The notes beneath the pieces are model-generated. The model had not been told where the DNA came from and did no database searches. It worked only from the letters and a program-made list of their open reading frames with translations. DNA of 64,000 bases. Source: a virus. Its lineage: Duplodnaviria > Heunggongvirae > Uroviricota > Caudoviricetes. The translations under genes were made by a program, and so were the position numbers. Each line of letters starts with the position of its first letter. Position 1 is the stretch's first letter. Below are positions 35,231 to 43,094 of the stretch, piece after piece. The stretch covers positions 109,238 to 173,237 of IMG/VR virus record IMGVR_UViG_3300035034_002090; one strand, written 5' to 3'.

Positions 35231-36231
35231 GTAGAATGCGACGTATCTGGAATTGGTTGATTATTCTCGCCATTGCTTTTTCCATCTCAGGATGTGCCAC
35301 GGCCTGCAAATCCCGTGTCCAGTCGGGCTATCTGGGGATGTGCTCCACGCCCTCGGGATTCACCGGAGAGCCACTTTCCCCGGGTTGGCACAGTTGCTGG
35401 GGCGCTGGAAATAAGATGTACTACATCGATACGAGCGACTTCAAACGCACGCTTTCGATGAACGTGCTCTGCAAAGATAAGCTCAACTTTGGCTTTGACG
35501 TGACGGTTCTGATGGCTGTCAACAGAGACGAGCCTGAGGTGGTCAAAGAAATGTTTTCGCGCATCCGATTCAAGGATGACGGCAACACGATCTCGGCAGA
35601 TCAGATCTACAACACGTATGCGGAATCGACAATTGATCAAGTAGCTAGGAGCGTCATCTCCAAGTACGAAACAGCCGACATCGCCGATAATCGAAGCGAA
35701 ATCATGAAGGAGATCAGCAAGCAGGTGAAGGAGGCTCTTGATTCATCGATCATCGATGTCAAGAAAGTGGATGTCAATAACTTGGATTACCCACCAGTCA
35801 TCACCAAGGCGCAAGAGATCCGAGCCCAGCGTGAAATCGAGATCGAAACGGAAAGGTCTGAGCAGAAAAAGCGGGTCTTGAAGGCCGAAAACTCTTTGAA
35901 GATTGCCGAGCTTGATTACAAGCGAGAACTTGTGGAGGCTGCGATGATCTCTGACACGAACAAGATTATCGGAGGCTCGATCACGCCGGAGTATCTGGCT
36001 TGGTGGCAGCTCAAAGTGATGGGCGAAGCCGCCAAGGGGCAAAACAATTGGGGTTTCATCCCCTACACAGATTTTGCCAACGAGAACATGAAGAACATAG
36101 GCAGCGGCCGCACTGTCGTCGATACGGAGCTGAAACGTCGGATCAAAGAAGCTCGGGAGTATGTCACCGAGGCCGAGGTCAAGAAAGCCGCTGGGACGCC
36201 TGAGAAGGCAGATAAGTCTGCGAAAAAGTAG
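35227..36231 (+). CDS. SPFH/band-7 (prohibitin/HflK-like) domain lipoprotein
   Basis: signal peptide plus lipobox ISGC; central SPFH-like segment; C-terminal coiled coil AQREIEIETERSEQKKRVLKAENSLKIAELDYKREL. Confidence 0.55.
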   Translation: MSRMRRIWNWLIILAIAFSISGCATACKSRVQSGYLGMCSTPSGFTGEPLSPGWHSCWGAGNKMYYIDTSDFKRTLSMNVLCKDKLNFGFDVTVLMAVNRDEPEVVKEMFSRIRFKDDGNTISADQIYNTYAESTIDQVARSVISKYETADIADNRSEIMKEISKQVKEALDSSIIDVKKVDVNNLDYPPVITKAQEIRAQREIEIETERSEQKKRVLKAENSLKIAELDYKRELVEAAMISDTNKIIGGSITPEYLAWWQLKVMGEAAKGQNNWGFIPYTDFANENMKNIGSGRTVVDTELKRRIKEAREYVTEAEVKKAAGTPEKADKSAKK

Positions 36232-36236
36232 AGCCA

Positions 36237-36472
36237 TGAACTTTCTGAGTCCACACAATTTGCCCCGGAAGTTCGATAAGAAGATGGATCGAATGAAGAG
36301 GGCTCGCGAGCACGGCACCTTTCGTGTTTGTGAGCCCTGCTGGGGCTACGGCTTCAGGTGGACGGAGCTACCGAATGGATGGTGCGGGTTCGTTGATTGT
36401 GATCGGTGTGAAGGCACGGGTTATGAGCCATCGAAAGGACACCTCCCCCAAGACCCCACGCATAGGACATAG
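36237..36472 (+). CDS. small zinc-ribbon protein
   Basis: CEPCWGYG...CDRCEG (two CxxC pairs); start taken at the internal ATG of the 36161 ORF. Confidence 0.35.
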
Positions 36473-36473
36473 C

Positions 36474-36722
36474 ATGGCTGCAAAGAGTTCTGAGAGGCCC
36501 ATTAAGGTCATAGAGTCGCACGGGTGTAAGATTGCTGTATGGCCTCGCCCGTATGGCCTCTTCGCTCAAGTTTATGACCGAGATGGGTTTTGTGGAGTTG
36601 TCTTGGGGTCTGACGAAGAGGTTTTACTTGAAGGCTTCAGGGCTCAGTTCGAGACGAGTTTTGATGGCAGGGAGAGACTTCACCCTATTTTCGATTTCAA
36701 CCCAGACGAGTTTGCGTCATGA
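36474..36722 (+). CDS. hypothetical protein
   Basis: 82-aa ORF (ATG 36474, in frame with ORF-track 36324-36722). Confidence 0.35.
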   Translation: MAAKSSERPIKVIESHGCKIAVWPRPYGLFAQVYDRDGFCGVVLGSDEEVLLEGFRAQFETSFDGRERLHPIFDFNPDEFAS

Positions 36723-37316
36723 AGGTATTGAAAAAAGACGGGACCAGAGGGGATACTCTGTAGAGGCCACTTGCACTGGCGAAGGCAACGGAGGTGGAGG
36801 TTGTGGCGCTATCTTGTTAGTAGAGCAGCCCGACCTGTATCGAACAGCGAGTCATTGCAGGGATGAGGTAACGGTATACGTGACCTTCCAGTGTTGTAGT
36901 TGCGGTGTCGAAACTGATCTCTCTTCGAAAGACTCTCCACCGAGGTCGTTTGTAAAGGAACTGCCGTCGAAGAAGGAGTGGATTGGAAAATGATCATCAA
37001 TATTTCCGTCGCCCAAGAGGTGGACCCCGGCTCGCTAAACGCTGATCTAAGAACCAAGAAGGGCAGAGAGGTCGAGGTCCTTGAGCAGGTCTACGTCTAC
37101 GGCGGATTTACCGTCTTCTGGGGCACAGAGCTTGATAAGCGTGCATGTGCCATCGATCGTCTTGTGTAGCGCGGTGCTATCAAGAGGGTGGATGACAAGC
37201 GCGCTTTCCCTTGGTGTAGCTATAAGCTTAGCGAAGAGACCAAGGAAGAGTTCGAAGAGATACACAAATAGACTTGCGCATACCTTCGGGGTTGTGTATC
37301 GTCCGTCTTGCTTAAG

Positions 37317-37715
37317 GGGTAGCACAGGATTCGACGTGGATTGTTGATGCCTACTAAGCGTGCCGAGAATGGTTCTTATCTCGTAAACGAAGGACCAACG
37401 TCTAATTGACAACGATAATGTCATTAATCTGAATGACTTCCGCAGGGAAGCCCCTCAGACGATGGAGCGTGCGGCTGCATAAGCCCACTTCTCCCCGGTT
37501 TGTAAGGACTGCTTGAGGTAACCAACAAGCCGACGAATAAGTCAAGCTATGGGCAGTGAGAGAGAGGCTGGTAACGCTGCTTGCCCGAGACAAGACGAAG
37601 GGCCGCACTTGAGACTTGCTAGTGGGTAACTCAAGTGGCTAATAAACACTAGCTACGCACGTAGAAATGTTGAGTGGATCATTCGCGGACGCGGGTTCGA
37701 TTCCCGCCTACTCCA
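37317..37715 (+). ncRNA. ssrA: tmRNA (ssrA-like, phage-encoded)
   Basis: 5' GGGGTAGCACAGGATTCGACG (cf. GGGGCUGAUUCUGGAUUCGACGGG); GCCGAG...CTCGTAAA pseudoknot-1 signature; tag-like frame ending ...MERAAA-TAA at 37480-37482; 3' GGACGCGGGTTCGATTCCCGCCTACTCCA T-arm pairing with the 5' end. Confidence 0.75.
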
Positions 37716-38004
37716 TTCTTAGAAGTATGTTGAAGGTTTGATGTGTATAGCGGCCCGATTTCACGGGAATACCTAGAGTGCCCTCACAGGCCGGACAGGT
37801 ACGGTGTCTTCGGTAGGGCCAAGGATGGCAACTATGGGCTGATCAGTAAGCACCATGAGCCATCCGAGGCTTTCTCTTCAGCCTGTAACCACAACGCTTC
37901 TGGTGGAAGTGTTAGGGTGATAGCTCTTGAAGATGGACAGCTGCCCGAGCCTTATCTTAGCCAACTTGTTGGCGTTTTTGATAACATCATAAAAAGGCTG
38001 AAGA

Positions 38005-38385
38005 ATGGAAGATGGACGAGAGTTCGGCGAGATCAGAAGAGAGGTCGACCACAAAATACCGGTTGAAACCCTCACTGTGGAAGCGGTTGGCCCAAGGAAC
38101 AAGGGAGGCTCTCCAACCCGTTACGAGATTCTTACGCCGGACAAAGAAGAAGTTGTTCTCACGCTAGACTTCCAGAGCCAGCCCACGCATGAGGGTTGGA
38201 ATGGAGTTACTAACGAGGCGCTACTTGCAGTCCTCATCGATCGCATGGAGGGGTTTGTGGAAGGACCTTTCTCGTGCGATGAAAACGAGGATATTCTCGG
38301 CGGTCTTGTGGTTGCTCAGGATGCTGCAAAGCGCCGATTCGAGGACCGGGTAGAGCGCGGGGTCTTTGACAAGCAAAAGGCTTAA
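38005..38385 (+). CDS. hypothetical acidic protein
   Basis: 126-aa ORF. Confidence 0.4.
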   Translation: MEDGREFGEIRREVDHKIPVETLTVEAVGPRNKGGSPTRYEILTPDKEEVVLTLDFQSQPTHEGWNGVTNEALLAVLIDRMEGFVEGPFSCDENEDILGGLVVAQDAAKRRFEDRVERGVFDKQKA

Positions 38386-38861
38386 AGGCCCCTTGACACC
38401 GAGCCTCAGTATAGAATAAGGTTCTGGTGATGAAAGGTCGAGCCCTCGGCTCGGCACGCGATGACGGAGTACACGCAACACCCCCCATCTCCGTTGGCTA
38501 GCTGTGTGTAGTATAGTCACGTATGCGTCTCGTGTGCCGTGCCAAGGGCTCGACCTTTTTGTGTTTAACCTCCTGCCTTAACCCCCTTAGGTCGTCCAAG
38601 CAACTTATTCTTGTGCAATCGAGTGCACATCGGAATTCCTTCTCAGAAACTGTGTTATTTAGGCATAAGGAGTCAACAGAGCCCAAAGTTAAGGGGCTTT
38701 TCGACCTCTTAGGAAACTTTTTTCTGGAAAAGGGTTTCCTAGTGTTAAATTATCTGGTAGCGTCCCTATCGAACACGACGAGGGTTTTCCTCGTCGGGCA
38801 TCGGTATTGAAGCAGTAGACGCCTATCAGGTTTGTCATGCTCACTTGCCAAGGAGAAAACA

Positions 38862-39917
38862 GTGGCTAAGAAGAATCGTACGTTCCTTTCGTGTGAAGAT
38901 GCTCTCAACAACCCGGAGGCGGCATATCAGGCCGCAGCCGAAGGTAAAGAGATCTTCCTGAAGCGACCCACCGGGGAGTCTATTCTCCGACTCCGGAAGG
39001 CAACATCTAAGGATGAGTGTGAACTCATCATGGCGGATGCTCGCTTCGAGTCTACCCTCAAAGACCAGCAAGACGCGCCGCATCTCCTGACTGGTCCCCA
39101 TTGCATCGATGTGTCAGAGAAGGAGAACGTCAAGGGTGCCAAGCAGCTCATCATTGAGCCTGTCGTCCCAGCAATCACCGAGAGTGGAACTGAGGTCAAG
39201 CCGACCATGCTCTACATGCCGGTGACTCGGTTCAAGAACAGCGCAAACGCCTCGGACTGGTGGGATCGCATTTCGGACGGAAGTATCCGTATGATCTTGA
39301 CTCGTCGCGGAAAGCCCGAGATGGAAATCGGACCCGCTGAAGGCATCGAGGATAGCCAAATCAGTCGCCGAGTTGGCAAATCTGGTGTCTATGGGGCTAT
39401 CTCCGGAGGTGATGCAAAGGGCCTCGTTGGGGATGGGCAGCTCGTTCTCGTCGAGGATCGCACCCGGGGCTTGGATGAACCGCTGCCGATCGGAGTCGTG
39501 AGGCTCCCGATGATTGACGATTCCGACGCAGTAGAGGCAGTTAAGGAAGCGTCCAAGAAAGAGCCTGAGCAGCAGTCTATGGCGATGGACGAAGCGCCTG
39601 AGGTCAAGGCTGCCGAGGCCGCACCTAACGCTAAGGAAGTTCCTGTGGAGGCGTCGCGCTGGAAGATTGGACGGTTCTCGATTCGTCAGCAACACCAAGA
39701 CCGTCCCGTCATCGCCGAAGAGAAGACCATCATCCTCGCCGCCGACAAGGTCAGCAAGGTGTACGTTGTGCACAATGCCGTACCGGAAGAGGGCGAGGAA
39801 ATCCCCGTAGAGTACAGCGCGTCTGGCGAAGCTCGTGTCACATCCGCTATCCTCCCGGATGGTTTCACGAAGGCCAGCCTCGACAGCGGATTCAGTGTCT
39901 GGGTGCCTAGCGCATAA
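38862..39917 (+). CDS. hypothetical protein (GTG start after AAGGAG RBS)
   Basis: AAGGAG at 38850-38855 then GTG 38862, in frame with ORF-track 38832-39917; acidic, A/E/P-rich low-complexity middle. Confidence 0.45.
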   Translation: MAKKNRTFLSCEDALNNPEAAYQAAAEGKEIFLKRPTGESILRLRKATSKDECELIMADARFESTLKDQQDAPHLLTGPHCIDVSEKENVKGAKQLIIEPVVPAITESGTEVKPTMLYMPVTRFKNSANASDWWDRISDGSIRMILTRRGKPEMEIGPAEGIEDSQISRRVGKSGVYGAISGGDAKGLVGDGQLVLVEDRTRGLDEPLPIGVVRLPMIDDSDAVEAVKEASKKEPEQQSMAMDEAPEVKAAEAAPNAKEVPVEASRWKIGRFSIRQQHQDRPVIAEEKTIILAADKVSKVYVVHNAVPEEGEEIPVEYSASGEARVTSAILPDGFTKASLDSGFSVWVPSA

Positions 39918-39978
39918 CCCTTACTCCCGGCCGGAACGGATTCTAGCCGGGTAAACGCCAGCTCCAAGGAGGTCAGGA

Positions 39979-40257
39979 ATGCTAGATGAAGGTCGATCAC
40001 AGGACAGCGACCACATAGGTATCATGATGTACGTCACCCCCGAAACCCACCAGAAGCTCAACGCACTTTCTGAGGCTACGGGATGCGGAATGGGGGAGAT
40101 TATCTCGAAGGCACTGGCTCTTTTTGACATCGCTGTCGAAGCAACCTCTGAGGGTGATACGCTTGCAGTGGTTGACGACAACGGGAGTATCAAGACAGCA
40201 ATTGTCGGAACGAACTCTGATAGTATGTCCACGCCCTTCGAGGCTGATAAGGGATAG
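39979..40257 (+). CDS. ribbon-helix-helix (CopG/Arc-like) DNA-binding protein
   Basis: MMYVTPETHQKLNALSEATGCGMGEIISKALALFD fits a beta-strand/helix/helix RHH pattern; AAGGAGG RBS. Confidence 0.4.
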   Translation: MLDEGRSQDSDHIGIMMYVTPETHQKLNALSEATGCGMGEIISKALALFDIAVEATSEGDTLAVVDDNGSIKTAIVGTNSDSMSTPFEADKG

Positions 40258-40277
40258 GACCTGACATCAAGGATGAT

Positions 40278-40311
40278 ATAGCCGTGACCCGGTTGTCGGG
40301 TCACGGCTTTT
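40278..40311. terminator. bidirectional rho-independent terminator between convergent genes
   Basis: AGCCGTGACCCGGTTGTCGGGTCACGGCT followed by TTTTTTG. Confidence 0.75.
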
Positions 40312-40314
40312 TTG

Positions 40315-40644
40315 TTAAGAGCCGCCCACTTTTGTGGTTATCTCAAGGCCCCCGAGGAACTCTCGGTCCATCTGGAGCTTGATCTCATCGCGTATGTCCT
40401 TCAGGAAGGGATTTGGACGGTAAGCCTTCTCGAACCAGAGGATCGGCCGAGCGCTCTCAGGGCAAAGCGACCAAGCCTCAAATCGGTCACCATCGTCGGT
40501 CGTGAGGGTGTGATCGAACACGACGGTAAATAACCCCTTATGGGCCTTAGAGCATCGTGGGCATTCCTGTATCCAGCGGTCACACCCAACAGCCCCTCTT
40601 CCATTCAAGGCCGCCGGGTCGGCTATCAGGTCACATGTCTTCAT
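40315..40644 (-). CDS. hypothetical Cys-containing protein
   Basis: 109-aa minus-strand ORF, last gene of a minus-strand operon. Confidence 0.4.
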   Translation of the reverse strand: MKTCDLIADPAALNGRGAVGCDRWIQECPRCSKAHKGLFTVVFDHTLTTDDGDRFEAWSLCPESARPILWFEKAYRPNPFLKDIRDEIKLQMDREFLGGLEITTKVGGS

Positions 40645-40660
40645 GGTTTACCTTCGGATT

Positions 40661-40957
40661 CTAATAGGGCGGAGGCATACAGCAGAAAGAGTAATCCTCT
40701 CTTTTCTGGAAGGAGTAGATTCGCCCTTCCTCATCCTGAATGTCGTACCTCGGAAAAAAGCCCCGGCCGCTGAAGTGTCCGATGTCTTTGCCGATGTGTC
40801 CGGAGGTAAGCATCAGGTTGAACCAGATCTCGGCAAGATCTCGCGCATCATCGATACATTTGCACTTTCCAAGTTCATGCACGGGCTTCCGGTCTTTTCG
40901 GCGGCCAGACCGGTCCTTTCTTGGGCGCGAGTGATTTTCAACGATCGTGTACTTCAT
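40661..40957 (-). CDS. hypothetical basic protein
   Basis: 98-aa minus-strand ORF overlapping the HD gene by 4 nt. Confidence 0.4.
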   Translation of the reverse strand: MKYTIVENHSRPRKDRSGRRKDRKPVHELGKCKCIDDARDLAEIWFNLMLTSGHIGKDIGHFSGRGFFPRYDIQDEEGRIYSFQKREDYSFCCMPPPY

Positions 40958-41553
40958 AGCACCCTTTCCAAGCCGAGTTCGACAAAGCGGTCCAAGAACA
41001 TCTGTTTGGCTTCGGTAGGCCCCACGGGCTCGATGGTGATGTCTGGAAGGGCTTCGATGATCTCGTCAGTCACCCACCCCCAATCTACATCGACCGCCAG
41101 AAGATCTCTCTTCTCAAGAAGAAGGGCCTGCATGTCGGCATATTTGACTGATTCTGGCATTTTCTGAGGCATACCCCAGATCGAGGCCGTAAGCTCCCAG
41201 ATGCTGGTCTCCACTGGCCCCCATGCATCGATGATCATGTCCTTGAATGGCTTCGGGCAGTCTCCTACATATGCTTCTGGGGCGTCATGCATGAGGCCAG
41301 CGTGGGCGTTGACTGGCTCAAGGGCTTCGACGATATGACTCACCATGACTGCGTGTTGTGCTACAGAGTAGAACGTCTTGGTGTGCCCATTGAACCGGCA
41401 GAGGTTCGAGGTAGCATGAGCGATGTCCTCTAGGGTGATCGCATCTGCTTTCAGATCCTTGTAGAAGAAGCGCTGGCCTGTGTGAGTCTGAATCCATCCA
41501 TCTACTGGTGCAAATGCCATGATTGGTCCTGTGGTCGTGTTGAAGTCATCCAA
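40954..41553 (-). CDS. HD-domain phosphohydrolase
   Basis: H...HD signature: SVAQHAVMVSHI and GLMHDAPEAYVGD. Confidence 0.65.
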   Translation of the reverse strand: MDDFNTTTGPIMAFAPVDGWIQTHTGQRFFYKDLKADAITLEDIAHATSNLCRFNGHTKTFYSVAQHAVMVSHIVEALEPVNAHAGLMHDAPEAYVGDCPKPFKDMIIDAWGPVETSIWELTASIWGMPQKMPESVKYADMQALLLEKRDLLAVDVDWGWVTDEIIEALPDITIEPVGPTEAKQMFLDRFVELGLERVL

Positions 41554-41673
41554 TTATCGTTGCTATGGATCCTATTCTATATTCGGTCTTCCTGAAAGTA
41601 TCATCTGAGACTTGACCTAGGCGATACCGAAGTCTTACTCTCGCCTTCGAAATAATCCCTTAGGAGGTGTACT

Positions 41674-41976
41674 GTGAGAAAATTGCGACCCATAAATAAC
41701 CTTGTGCTCGTCGAGCCTGATGCAGTGGATGAAGAGGTTACCACAGCCTCAGGTATCATTACGCCCTTTGACTCCCCCGGGGAAAACAAGGGTGAAGTCG
41801 TGGCTGTTGGACCCGGAGCGCTTGATCCAAACACAGGCGTGCGCCGCCCCTGCCATGTCAAGGTTGGTGATAGGGTTCTTTTTGGGTCGATGGCCGGAGA
41901 GAGAATTGAGCATGATGGCAAGACCTGCGTGATGATGAACGATAACGAGGTGATGGGCATACTCAACGCCGATTGA
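41674..41976 (+). CDS. groES: co-chaperonin GroES
   Basis: MRKLRPINNLVLVEPDAVDEE...GDRVLFG..ERIE.DG: canonical GroES length and motifs; AGGAGG RBS. Confidence 0.85.
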   Translation: MRKLRPINNLVLVEPDAVDEEVTTASGIITPFDSPGENKGEVVAVGPGALDPNTGVRRPCHVKVGDRVLFGSMAGERIEHDGKTCVMMNDNEVMGILNAD

Positions 41977-42065
41977 TCAAGTTGATTTGGATCTTCCTAC
42001 GATGAAGAGTGGTGAGGTGTAGTGGCATAAGGTCTCTACCCGTCCCTTATATTGTGGAGGATCCA

Positions 42066-42509
42066 ATGGAAGACGTATCTGCATGGATGATGGTTCTGGA
42101 TAAGCTCATCATCCCGCTGCTGTTTCTTATTCTAACACCGGTGCTGACGGCACTGATGAAACGTCTGCTTCTGCTGCTTCAGCAAAAGTGGGGCGTTGAG
42201 ATGACTGATAAGAAGATGAAGCAGATCGATCAGCTCGTTCGCGAGTCGATTGATTTTGCCGAAGAGCAGGCACATAAGCTTGCAAGAAGTGAAAAGACCG
42301 ATGTCGAAGAGGCCCTTAGTGGTCCGGAGAAGATGAACATAGCTCTGGATTACATGACCCGACGCGCCACTCAGCTAGGACTCACAGAGGTTCTAGAGGA
42401 TCACGCTGACGTCCTCGCGGATCGAGTTGAATCAATGCTGTTCGGGGACAGAAAGAGCGGCAAAAGGCCCAAGGCTGAGCCCAAGCTTTTGATGGAGGAC
42501 GGCGAGTAA
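42066..42509 (+). CDS. membrane protein, possible holin-like
   Basis: single N-terminal TM segment IIPLLFLILTPVLTALM followed by a charged amphipathic C-terminus; start placement uncertain (ORF track 42009). Confidence 0.3.
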   Translation: MEDVSAWMMVLDKLIIPLLFLILTPVLTALMKRLLLLLQQKWGVEMTDKKMKQIDQLVRESIDFAEEQAHKLARSEKTDVEEALSGPEKMNIALDYMTRRATQLGLTEVLEDHADVLADRVESMLFGDRKSGKRPKAEPKLLMEDGE

Positions 42510-42532
42510 CTCTCGCGGAGTTTTAGTCATCA

Positions 42533-42561
42533 GGGCGGCCCTTGCGGGTCGCCCTTTTTTA
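42533..42561 (+). terminator. rho-independent terminator
   Basis: GGGCGGCCCTTGCGGGTCGCCC followed by TTTTTTA. Confidence 0.65.
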
Positions 42562-43036
42562 TGGAGGAATCATGGCCGTAATAGATTACGAACCAACACC
42601 GACGCTGACCTTCGATACCACATGCGCATCGTGCGGCAGTTGGGAGGTCTTTACCATCTTGGAAGAGCGCCTTCACCACGGGTGCCCGAATCGTGATGAG
42701 ATAAGAGTTTCGTGTCAGAAGTGCGGCAGCGATCTGACTTGGTCCCCGCCTGACGAGACTTTGAATTTCAAGCTCAAAGCCAAGAAGAGGTACGAAGAGA
42801 GGCTTAGAGATCTCAATGAATCGCTGAGTGATAAATTAGGACGTCCGGAAATAGACGATCGCATGACGACACTCAGGCTTCTTTTGATCGAAGATATGAT
42901 GGAGAACGAGATGGAACACAGGGAAGCGATCGAAGAGGATATTCGGGAAGATGCCTTGTGGGATTACAGGCAAAAGTATAAGCACCATCAATACATGGGG
43001 CCTGCGAGGAAGGAGGAAGCTCTGGATGGATCATAA
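42542..43036 (+). CDS. zinc-ribbon protein
   Basis: CASCGSW...HHGCPN...CQKCGSD; real start may be ATG 42574. Confidence 0.35.
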   Translation: MRVALFYGGIMAVIDYEPTPTLTFDTTCASCGSWEVFTILEERLHHGCPNRDEIRVSCQKCGSDLTWSPPDETLNFKLKAKKRYEERLRDLNESLSDKLGRPEIDDRMTTLRLLLIEDMMENEMEHREAIEEDIREDALWDYRQKYKHHQYMGPARKEEALDGS

Positions 43037-43094
43037 GGTAGCAGCTAACGGGCCTAGCTTGGGGAGAGGCCAGACCCGCTAGAACTGAGCGTGA

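Noticed and set aside
37047-37608. ORFs 37047-37424 (-), 37081-37347 (+) and 37402-37608 (-) over the tmRNA gene
   Set aside because: The region carries the conserved tmRNA 5', pseudoknot and 3' tRNA-like signatures; the protein ORFs are incidental.
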